A stretch of 64,000 nt of DNA, from assembly GCF_052425735.1 (NCBI RefSeq), contig NC_135758.1, positions 37,200,001 to 37,264,000 of the forward strand, read 5' to 3'. The position numbers and the translations under genes are program-made. The DNA comes from Oculina patagonica. Taxonomy: Eukaryota. The first letter of the stretch is position 1. Each line of letters opens with the position of its first letter. The notes under the pieces were generated by a model. It was not told the origin of the DNA and made no database searches. It saw only the letters and a program-made list of their open reading frames with translations. This document shows positions 39,413 through 50,201 of the stretch, piece by piece.

Positions 39413-40411
39413 TTATCCGCAGGGTGGAGCCTGAGTACCATCTGGACGACGCTGAAGTCTGAACGAGCTGAACATATTCGGATATACAGCTCTAAAGCGT
39501 CTACTGCGAAACGCAAACAGAAAGGGATTAAGCGCCGAATTGAGATAACCGAACATCAGCAGTAGAACTCTGACTTCGTCCGGGATGTTTAACCTACAAG
39601 GCTCACAAACTACAGCGACAATGCTGACTGAGGAGAATGGGACCCAGCAGAAGAAGAAAGCCCCTACAAACATCGTGGTAGTTTTAACTGCTTGGACGTT
39701 TCTGAAATAAACTTTTCGTTCTTTTGTGGAAGGCTCGTTCTCATTGCTTTGGAAGGACTTAAGTTGCGCACACACCATACGATAAATCTTGACATGAATG
39801 CCACAGGCCATTAGCAGTGGTAAAATAAAATTCAGGGAAGAACTTAGCGTCGAATAAGTCGGCGTGAAAGGAAAATAACAGACGCTGTCGTAGACGAACT
39901 TGTCGTGTGTTCGCCAGCCCATGATGGGAAGTAAAGCGAACAGCAAACTGTATAGCCAGATTATGAAACTGATAATCAAGGCTCTATTTCGAGTCATGAA
40001 TCTGCAGCGGCGAAAACGATTCAGAGGATCACTGAGGCTCTTGTATCGATCAACGCTGACAGCCAAAAGGGTCAAAATCGAGGTGGGTACAGTGATGAGG
40101 TACACGGTAATCCAGGCCTTGCACATGACTTCTCCATGTTTCCATATCCCTCCTAGAAAAAGTCCCTCTATGTCAAATGGCACTGCGATGGTGACTGTCA
40201 GAAGATCCGAGAATGCCAGTGAAAAAATAAAGAGGTTTGTTGGAATTTTGCGAAGGTTCTTGTTGGCGAGTATAGCGTAACAGACCATGAGGTTTCCAAC
40301 GATAGCCACTGCTACGATTAATATGTGACATGTCGCGACTGGATACACGAAGCTTGTTGAGAGGGAGAAAGGTCCTGTAGCGCTTGAGTTAGGCTCAGAA
40401 GTATTGTTCAT
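39413..40411 (-). CDS. Class A (rhodopsin-like) orphan GPCR, amine/adenosine-receptor-like, copy A (332 aa, intronless CDS)
   Basis: Seven TM segments with GN (TM1), LAFSD (TM2), C3.25, DRY, CWVP and NSALNPFLF, plus N-terminal N-glycosylation sequons. Confidence 0.93.
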   Translation of the reverse strand: MNNTSEPNSSATGPFSLSTSFVYPVATCHILIVAVAIVGNLMVCYAILANKNLRKIPTNLFIFSLAFSDLLTVTIAVPFDIEGLFLGGIWKHGEVMCKAWITVYLITVPTSILTLLAVSVDRYKSLSDPLNRFRRCRFMTRNRALIISFIIWLYSLLFALLPIMGWRTHDKFVYDSVCYFPFTPTYSTLSSSLNFILPLLMACGIHVKIYRMVCAQLKSFQSNENEPSTKERKVYFRNVQAVKTTTMFVGAFFFCWVPFSSVSIVAVVCEPCRLNIPDEVRVLLLMFGYLNSALNPFLFAFRSRRFRAVYPNMFSSFRLQRRPDGTQAPPCG

Positions 40412-41165
40412 CTTTATAGCCGCTTTTTCCTTTCAACTCTCTGTAGGTTTAAAAAAATGTTCCTACACGAACAAAGTTTTCTTCTCTTTGCTCTGATTTC
40501 AGCCTCAATATAGCAGAAATGCAATCTCCTTCTGCAGTTGTGCCTTGCAAAGTTGCCGAAGAGGGTGAGCGACGCGTCCTAGTCAATCAAAGTATGAAAG
40601 CCTAATTCAGTGTACTGAAACTCGCCAAGCCAATCATAAAATTGACTTGTTGCGTTTTTTTCGGACAAATGAATCTGTCATGGGTCCATCCGGGCCTGCG
40701 ACCTTTAAAGACTGTTCATCACGTAACTTTTTTTTTTAACAACGCCGTTCACACATGAATCTTTTCAACACGGATTGAAATTCTTTTATACGTGTTTCTT
40801 TGTGAGATTTACCGATTTAAATATTTCACAACGAAACCACACTCCGTGTGTAAAAATTCAGTATCCCAGATTCCTGTCATTGCTCTTCAACTTTTTAACT
40901 CAGTTTAGCTAAACGCATTAAATAAGAATGAACCAGGTTAAGCAAACAAATGGCTCATCTTTTTTTTTCGCGATTAGATCGGAATATGGGGTGATTATGG
41001 GAAATATTTCCGTCCTGTTGTTTACCACAGTCTGGTCGGCGTGAAGATTTATAGCCTTAAAAATCCAAGTTCTCAAATTTCGATTTGCTTAAGAGAGAAC
41101 TGGACTTATACTGCCAGCCCACTTCCAGTCTTGATGCTTGGCTAAGTGGCGCGTGCTAGAGTTAA

Positions 41166-42434
41166 GGTATCAGTATACCCCAAATGACCAGTGCGCGTTG
41201 GAGCTGCCTTACCGTCTGTTAATTAAAGCAAACCCCAGCAAAGTATATATTTTCTGAAAGCTTAGGAATTGTAGATTGCGAAGATACATTTATTTTAAGT
41301 TCAAATATTAATGTTGTCCAAAAAGAGCGTGTTTTTTCCAAAAGTACCGAGGCTCATAAATCGGGTTCGTTTCCGGACAATTTTGAACGGAAAGAAGCGA
41401 TCAACATCGCTATGTGTTCTTCACACCTTTCTCTAAAAAACTGTGTCGGGGAAAATTGATTACTTGTCTGGTTTGTTTTTGACACGCAGTTAAACTTCAA
41501 GAGTGTAAGAAACAACTATTCTCTGCGTTAAAATAGCCATAACTTTTGAAAGAAGAAAAAAATAAAAATTCGCCGACACAGTTTTGTTGCTCGATTATCG
41601 GGCAACATTCTTGCCAAATTTCAACGAAAATTGTTGAAACTCCATTGAAAACGAACTTAAAATGTGCGCCTCTCTCTTCGAAACTCTGTTTTCGAGATAC
41701 GAACGAAAATGTATTTTGGGCCGTTCTTCCGGTGTAATGAGATTAATTACACAAGACGTGTGAAAATGATCACGCGTTGAGCGATAGAATGAAGGTTCAT
41801 TGGCTTTAACAATAGAACTTGTTCAAAGCGGTGTCAAATGTTGCTTCTGGCCGGAAACAGACTGTTGCATGATTTCATACTCATATTCTACCGCTTGCGT
41901 TATAACAATTTTCTAAAAACAACGAAAACGTGGAATCACAAGAATTCAAAGTTGTCAAAGTAAGCCGAGGAACTGCGGGTCGTGATTCCAGGTCGTGCTG
42001 TTACCCTTTCAAGCGGCGAAAAACCCGTTGTCGCTATCTACTAGCGCATCTGCCAAATCTTTTGTCCTTTCCCGTTTTTGCAACATTCTTCGAACTTGAG
42101 ATAGGAATGGGAAAATTTTTCTTCACTGACGTCTGGAAAACTATGCATTAGTTTGCCCGCGCAAAACACCTAAAGCAACTCGTCGAAAACCATGAACTCT
42201 GATAGTCACGCAACGGTAGCATCGCCGCGCTCCTTTAGACAACGTGTTGACAGCTATCAATATCAAAATATAAATTATAATTAATGGCAAGAAATGTTTT
42301 TTCTTCATAACTCTGTGTAGAGTGAATCTTTTTCCATAATTTTTTTTTTGAATGAAAGGTCTTAATGAGATCTATCCGAAAATACCAAAATATATTTTTC
42401 TTTGAAATGGTCAATTTTGCGGTATACTGATACC
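41166..42434. mobile_element. Kolobok-like non-autonomous element, specific to copy A
   Basis: TTAA|GGTATCAGTATACC...GGTATACTGATACC|TTAG; the empty site AGAGTTAAACAGAG is at ~56481 in copy B. Confidence 0.88.
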
Positions 42435-43518
42435 TTAGAACAGAGTATTCACAGACAGACTAAAATAGGGTTATTATCTTTTATAGTCACAAAGTACAAA
42501 GGTTGTTGACATATCAGAGAGAATTATCTCCTGACTAGAAAATTCCATCCTACAATTTCATTCGAAAACCTTGATGTCACACACGTGCATAGAACAACTT
42601 CAACACTCAATTAACTCTCCAATAATAGAAACTGTCATGCCTATAGATGAACGGTCACTCAACATGAATAACAGGTAAATTTCTAGGAAGCCATATTTGA
42701 ACTGCATTCTTTCTCTGTTTTTCGTTGTTGTTTAGGGTGTTGTCTTCCGCAGTTATTTGTTTGTTTATGCGCCATAATATGGACCCAATATTTTTAGCAA
42801 CTACTTTAATTCTGATAAATAAAATGCTTATTTAATTAAGCGTTTTATCTGAAAATCGCCTTGGGTAAACTGCTAAACTTAGCCACTTCTAGTACCTTCA
42901 AGACAACCCCATCTGTCAAATGAGAGCTTTCATCATTGAAAGACTGCGTTAATAGTTTTATCGCCAATTTCCTCGGTCTCCTGTGACTTCACCGGAGATA
43001 TACATGTACAGACCTCTCATGCTCAACCACAAAGAACGAGAAATCTGGAGATCGAGGTAAAAAAAACGGGAGCTTTCAGTAAAAACCGGGCGATTGATCA
43101 ACTGACGGACAAAACTAACTTAGACCAGGTGCTAGTCAAGACACAGTGTTTGTTTCCCATGTAAAGTACTTTAACAACACAAAAATTAACGTTATTTTCA
43201 CGGCTTGCGTCTTCTATATATGACCATAGATTGTGTGTCTAGCGAACCAACAAATGAAATACCTTAACCAACTGACTACGGATTTACACAAAATTGCTGC
43301 CAGACAATCGCCTTAGTAAGCCAAAAATGGTATCATACAAGAAATTGTATCCTTACAGCTTGTGAGTGTTTATCGTGAGATTTTTGTGTCTTGTCGTAAG
43401 ACCGTGAGATTGAACTAAATAATGGTGAGTCTCACGGCAAAATCGTGAGACTTGAGAGGTCTGTAATAATAAGGTAGACATGCTTATAGTTCATCTTCAT
43501 AAAAAAATAAGCAGGCGG

Positions 43519-44116
43519 TCTTTTATACGTGTTTCTTTGTGAGATTTACCGATTTAAATATTTCACAACGAAACCACACTCCGTGTGTAAAAATTCAGTA
43601 TCCCAGATTCCTGTCATTGCTCTTCAACTTTTTAACTCAGTTTAGCTAAACGCATTAAATAAGAATGAACCAGGTTAAGCAAACAAATGGCTCATCTTTT
43701 TTTTTCGCGATTAGATCGGAATATGGGGTGATTATGGGAAATATTTCCGTCCTGTTGTTTACCACAGTCTGGTCGGCGTGAAGATTTATAGCCTTAAAAA
43801 TCCAAGTTCTCAAATTTCGATGTGCTTAAGACAGAACTGGACTTATACTGCCAGCCCACTTCCAGTCTGACTACGGATTTACACAAAATTGCTGCCAGAC
43901 AATCGCCTTAGTAAGCCAAAAATGGTATCATACAAGAAATTGTATCCTTACAGCTTGTGAGTGTTTATCGTGAGATTTTTGTGTCTTGTCGTGAGACCGT
44001 GAGATTGAACTAAATAATGGTGAGTCTCACGGCAAAATCGTGAGACTTGAGAGGTCTGTAATAATAAGGTAGACATGCTTATAGTTCATCTTCATAAAAA
44101 AATAAGCAGGCGGTCT
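43519..44116. repeat. Local chimeric duplication (43519-43868 = 40782-41131; 43867-44116 = 43272-43521)
   Basis: Near-identical copies (about 3 substitutions in total) with TCT and CT microhomologies at the junctions. Confidence 0.9.
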
Positions 44117-44748
44117 AATTTTCTAAACCACAGATACCACATCCGTACATTCGAGAGCTTCTAGCACATATACTTCTTTGTTTTCCACTATGTCGACCCA
44201 AGACGAAGACGGTTCTCGATGCACTTCCAATATGCGCGCGCTAAAAATTTTATACCTTGTGACTGATCCATTAGAGAAAAGCTTTATCCTCTCATGCTTT
44301 TAGACAGTTAAGTGTGCCCCCCAACAGACAGCTCGCTTATGACAGTTTAAAGGAGCTACAATCTTGGACAATTGAAATGGAAAATTAAGATCACCCCTCC
44401 TCCAATTCAACGATGGAACTGAAAATGGGGCGTTTTGATTTTAGCGCGAATTTATCCTTGATTTGGGGGGAGGGTTGGTGGTTCATTTCTCTTTTTATTC
44501 CGTTTAAGAATGTAGTTCACGGTATCAGTTTTAGGTAATTCTGTTGATTTTACCCATATATGAAACTTAAAGAACTCCCAAGAGAGAGGGGATGTTTTGG
44601 AATCACTTCTGGTCGCTTCATGCTACTGTAACAGGAGATATAAGCGCTGGCCTATTTGATGTCAATGTTTCATGAATTTGGTTCGCTACTTTGACTCCAA
44701 GGAATTGTAGTCAGTGTAAAACTCGGCAAAATTGGGTATATTTTCATA

Positions 44749-47700
44749 CACGATCGCGTTTCATTTGGTTTAAGGTCATTGCCCTGTATTGCATTGCGCA
44801 TCTTTACTACGCAGAATTTTACGCGTAATAAGCGCGCGTACATAAACAAAATGGCGGCTTTTTTCTATGTGGCTTAGTCCGCGAGAGAAGTAAATTGTCG
44901 CTTTCTCGTAAACGAGTCTGATGACCTATCAATTTTTTCACATATTTTGGGTGTAGCAATCAAATTCTTTCTGTAAAATGAAAACAGATCAATTCCTATG
45001 TTTGAAAAATAAATTATCGCTAAAAACGTGTACTTTGGCAGTACTCGCAAAGGAATTATAAAGGAATTATATGGAATATACAAGGTCTTCCTGCTCCTTA
45101 ACGAATCTAGTGACCCCACTTATTTATTTCAAAATTTAAGTTCCCTAAAAGTAATAAACCAGTAGGTATGTGTTGCTTCTGTTACTGAGCTCGAACTTTA
45201 TTGCTTTGCAAAAAAATTTACTTGGCAAGTGAAATCTCTTCTGCCTGGCGAAGGGGGCGGCGAAGGCGGCGACCACCCACGGCACTTTCAAAAGCTCAAT
45301 GATCGGAACTTAGCTGTGCGACCGCGCATTATTAACTTGAAGGCGGATCTGGTATATTAACTCCTGGTTAATACCTAACGCGGCTTATTACACAATCGGT
45401 CTGTTTTATGTGTTTAACCTAAAACTAATGCGTAGTACACGGTGTTGAAAGATAACTATGCGCAATGAGTATATTTAGAATCTACAGGTCACGTAGTTCT
45501 TAGAAATGTGACATAGGAGTGTTTTAGCGCAATTCGGAGCATTGTAAATTGACACGTAGTTGCACAACTCCATGTAATGGCGGACATCCATGAGAGGAAA
45601 AGGACAAAGTTTAAAGCGTTGTTTTGAAACCTGTGAAGTTTTCATCACTATCTCACATCTTAATTTCGAATCATTAAACTATATATTATTATGCCCCGTA
45701 AAGAGATTTGTAGTCCCAATTCTTGAAATCAAGATTTGAGTCAACTTAATATTACTACCAAATTCGATTTCTGTTGACAATGACTTCGCTTCACGGAAAA
45801 AACCTTGAAGACCTTTGTCGTGTATGCGGCAAAAGACTACAAAAATCGAAGGGAGCGGTGAGTTCGAGGTTCCTGTATCAGAAAGGGAAGGATTTCATGG
45901 CTGATTTTTTTTTTAAATCTTCGTACAAAAGGAGGTTGTCGAAATTCACCCACGGTATTTTTAACACGGGTGTTGCGCGCATCCCGACCGAACGGTTGTT
46001 CCAGCGTCAAGGGCGACACATTACGGCGACAGTTGCATGGTTTGTTACCGTGTTTTATGCTTCTGGCTAAAATTAAGAAAGTTAGAGGACCCAAGAAGGT
46101 AAGAAAGGGAAGAAAACCGTTTTGCCCGACCCTTCAAACAGCACACAGACTACTCCTGACCATCAAGAGCCTACATGTATGACATGTATGTCGAAAGAGT
46201 CGTAACCGGTCGAAGCACCTCCTCATCCCTTGAAGCTCATGCGATCAAATGAAGTTTGAGATTCTTCTGACTATAATTCTAATGATGCCACTCTAAATAT
46301 AATTACAGCGAAGCGGTTAAAACACTGAGTTATAGGTTAGGTAAAAAGCGCGGCCCATTCACAATAAACTTTGATGCATGTATCGGTTAAATCTTGTTTT
46401 ATTTCTCTTAATTTCTGAATTTGTCTACCTCATCAACACAACAAGATATAAGGAGTTTGTAAAGGTCGGCATTCCCAGATGCCTCTTTCCTCCAAAATGC
46501 ACATGCTGGAAGAAATTATATGCGAAAATGCTTTAAGGTGCTTTTCATTGGGCTTTTACGGCGAAGGAGGAGAAAGTATTCACCATGAATTCGCTCATCT
46601 TTCTTCAACATTTTCCCGTTTACCGGTAATAAGCAGTATAGAAGATCATCACCTTGCCGTCCACCCCAAGAACGGGAATGATTCCTGAGAAAAAGAAGCG
46701 AAACTTCAACTAAACGAGAAATCAACACGAGCAACAAATAATTAATAATTTAGAAGACAGTAAAAGGTTAAAAATTCAATAATTCATATAGGCTTAACAA
46801 TGTTGTTAACGCGTTCATATGTGTATTTAAAGATCCCCGCCCCGCATTTATACTCTTTGTCGTTGATGTGAATAGAGTTTTAAATAAACTACAATAAATT
46901 TGAGCTTCCACCATACACACAACTTGTAAACAATAAATCGACTAACATATCATCTCCTCTTGATCGCTTCATTTTAGGGAGAAAATAGTTTAAACTTCTC
47001 ATGGATCGATGCGGTCGGTGAAACAAGAAGCGCAATATGGCGGCGATAAGCGTTCAAATTGCCTCCCAAACAAATTATCATAGCGCGAAGAAACGAAATG
47101 GGACTAAGACACTTACTTGATATACGAAGCTTTATACCTTCCAACTTCTGTTCTCAACTGCTCGTTTCATCGGGAAAACTTCTAGAAATCCACTATAAGA
47201 TTTTAAAATTTGCACCCTTACGCATCGCGCAATACCACCAAAGTGATTTTTGAGAGCCGAATAACTCAAATACGGGCGACGGAAATTGAACAACTTCGAC
47301 GGCCATCACTACCTTGAACCTTCGATGATATTCTCACGTTGTTTCCCGTTCATAATAGGCTAAACGTGGCACAATACGATTGGTTTTAAAACAAAGGCTC
47401 TACCCACACCAGAACAGTAAACAAACCCGTTGTTAGGTGTTGCTAGGTTGCATCTCATTATCACAGCGCATAGCGCTGCTCATGTTTCGCGGGCTCGAAA
47501 AAAACTTAAATTCCGTCCCGAAAGCGCCGTGCACCGACTACGTACAGCCTCCAAGGCACGCCGTTTTCTTTTCGTTTGCTTCCTGCCGAACATGAATTAG
47601 ACCATATTCTTACTCTTAAGCTTCGACATCTTCACTGTCTCTTTCTTTTTTTCTTTCTTTTGTTGTTTTCTTTTTGTGTCTCTTTAAGACATTTTGCGAC

Positions 47701-47831
47701 ATTTTAATCAAATTTGCCGCCGCTTTAGTGGGTTCTCGCAGGGGTTTTCTGATTGGCTGTTAAAATGCTTGTGTCATTCACCGGAAGCGATTTTTCACTT
47801 CCTTAGTAACGCGCGAAAAAATCCGTCAGTG
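44749..47831. mobile_element. Outer CAC...GTG non-autonomous element interrupted by the Chapaev-like insertion
   Basis: Begins CACGATCGCGTTTC and ends AAAATCCGTCAGTG, and the sequence is continuous across the inner element's TSD. Its own TSD is not evident. Confidence 0.4.
45278..47531 (+). mobile_element. Decayed Chapaev-like (RAG1/Transib-related) DNA transposon, internally deleted
   Basis: CACC|CACGGCACTTTC...GAAAGCGCCGTG|CACC (CAC termini, 4-bp TSD). From 45780 it encodes HGKNLEDLCRVCG...EIHPRYF*HGC...CMVC, like the RAG1 N-terminal zinc-binding region. From ~46480 it encodes KMHMLEE...LGFYGEGGESIHHEF, the C-terminal catalytic-Glu region. Both parts carry frameshifts or stops. Confidence 0.8.
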
Positions 47832-49043
47832 GCATTCACTGTAATATTGCTTTAGCAATTTTTCTCGTTTTGGTATGGTTGAATCTTTTACTCAGTCCAG
47901 AACGCAAATATGACGTCATTGGGCCACGCCCATGATCACGTGTCCAATAAAGAAAAAGTCTAAATTTTTTATGTTTTGAATGTTATCAGATGTCTTCTAT
48001 TAAGTTTGTCACTGATGAAAAAGATTGCAGTTTATTAACGAAAAACTATGTGAAATTTAACAAAAAGCAATTTAGCTGCGAACAAGGAAACTGGGAGGTG
48101 TCAATTCTTGCGAGCGGTTTTAATGAGAGCTGTAAAACTAATCAATATGTGAGGTTGAGCTGTAAAAGTGCGAATGTTTCCACAGTAGTTCGTTTCGGCA
48201 AAATTAGCATTTTCGCAGCTGAAAACACCTCTTGCGGAAAGCAATCAGTTTTGCAATAAGCTACAATAGAAAGCAGATTTTAAGCTAGATAAATATCTTT
48301 TCTAAAGTGTACGTGTTTCCTAAATTTTAAATTTTAAAGTTTACAACAGCGGTTAACCGAAATTATTTTAAAGGTAAAGATAAAATAAGGTTGAAACAAG
48401 GATTCTTTTTGATAAGTATGAATGACCGTTTAGCGGCTACGCAAAAGTAAATAAAACTGAAAGGTTACTTTAAAGTAATCTGTTCTCACCTAGTTGTAAC
48501 GCGAGTTCACACTTAACTCATGAATGAAATCCATGTTTTCCGCAGATGAGTAGACATAATTGAAACACGAACAGGTACTAAGAAATCTATGTTTAAATAC
48601 TGGGTACCCCCGTCCCATCCCAAAGAAAAAAAAATAAACATAGTCAACTTGAAAAATTCTTTATGCTAGTAACTTGTTCTTTCTGTCAATACAAATGTTC
48701 GTTCAATTTCAAGTCAGTTTGTTCTTTTACTGAACATTTATTTATTTCACAATTTTTTTTTTAATTTTCGGAAAATCGCACTTTCAAACAAATTTAGCTT
48801 GTTTAAACACTTTCTTTTGTGACCATTAAGCCGACATTATTTTTTAAAAGCGGTAACTCTTCACTCCACTCACGAAATTAAACAACCATAATGTTTCCAA
48901 AGTATATACAAATACGACTAAATAAACTTCATTAATACAACTTAAGTGCAATAACTATATAAAACCAACACTGTTCCTGTTTCTACGCATTTTCAGTTGT
49001 GGGTGAATCCAGAACAAGAGAGATGAATATCGTGGTAATCTTG

Positions 49044-49247
49044 TAAATAATAAAGATGGTAGATTTTAAGCTCGGTGATAAATAATGAAAATTAATTTTC
49101 AACAATGACACGAGCATGGGACAAAGAAAAAATTCTGATTCCCCGACGGGAATCGAACCCATGGCCTCCCAGATACCGGTTGGGCGCTCTAACCAACTGA
49201 GCTACGAGAGACTCGTTGTGAGCTGGGCCATTTACTAGGTTGATATG
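49044..49247 (-). mobile_element. tRNA-related SINE-like repeat
   Basis: Minus strand GTAGCTCAGTTGGTTAGAGCGCCCAACCGG...GGGTTCGATTCCC (A and B boxes), bracketed by GTGGTAATCTT direct repeats. Confidence 0.7.
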
Positions 49248-50201
49248 TGGTAATCTTCTGGTAATCTTGTTGCTTTCTCCGTCCGCGACTTATTTGGATT
49301 GCAGGCTACATTTCCGAAATGATCGAAAATGGCACCGCGGGAGCTCGGCGTGACGTAATCTACTAAATTTCCCTCAAATACAAAATCCAATTATTGCAGG
49401 CCCAAGAAAGGCCCGCAACCTTATCTTGACAGTGGTCCAATCTCAAAAGCGTGCAAACCCGCTCGAGTACCTCCTCTCCTTCCATGATCCCTTACAAGAC
49501 AGCTCTTTTACTCTATCAAGGCCAGCACTGTCGTGTATTAAACAGTGACTGTCCTTTTAGTCTTCGCGGGAATTGAATTGTTATGAAGCTTAATATTATT
49601 TTTAAAATTCGGTAATTTTACTTCATGATCAATTGCTTATATTAATTTTGAATGTAGCTACCGTGAGGATCTTGTGAAATTTCAAGGCCCCGACAGCCTG
49701 CACAGAGAGTTTTTAAAAGCTGTTTGTCTTAGTTTATTAAGAGCTCTTAGCTCTGAACAATAGTTTCCATCGGTGGTCATGTTTGGGTTTGTCTACTGAC
49801 CTTGAGTTGCGGACCCCATAAAAGTTCCGATTATAGTTTCGTGTTCTTAATCTAATAGTTTTGGTTCTTCCGAATTAGTCATTGGCCATTTACTCTTTAT
49901 GTTGTTTTTTCATGTAGGTCTTTTTTAATTGTTGTTTTTAGTCTCAGAGTTGTCTCGAGTTATCCGAGGTCACCAAGACCCCAAAACATGTCCACAATTT
50001 AGCTTTATAGTTGACGAACTTTCGAGGTTGAAGTTAGCTAGTCAGACGTAGTTGATGAAGCCCCGCGAATAAAGAAGATTGTTACATATTTGTGGTCTAT
50101 ACATAAAAGTCCTGGTGCCTCTTGTACGGCTAGTCACCCAACATTCCAACAGAAAGCTTCACGAGAAATTAGAAAACGTCCCCAATTTGTAGACGACCTC
50201 T

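Larger units (their letters stand above)
37540..44250. repeat. Segmental duplication copy A (GPCR locus)
   Basis: Colinear with ~49530-61040 once copy-specific insertions are removed; shared from GTG(C/T)ATTAAACA(A/G)TGACTGTCC to CAATATGCGCGCGCTAAAA. Confidence 0.9.

Noticed and set aside
39900-40280. 126-aa plus-strand ORF (and its twin at 55230-55610)
   Set aside because: Antisense shadow of the GPCR CDS; conserved only because the GPCR is duplicated.
45278-47531. Calling the element a ProtoRAG
   Set aside because: The TSD is 4 bp rather than 5 bp and no RAG2-like ORF is visible; Chapaev-like is the better-supported label.
49140-49206. tRNA-like sequence
   Set aside because: Has A/B boxes but no proper acceptor stem and is embedded in a repeat body, so it is SINE-derived rather than a tRNA gene.
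49990-50080. Possible hammerhead ribozyme in a Penelope-like tail
   Set aside because: The core CTGANGA...GAAA is not intact (GTTGATGA...GAATAAA).
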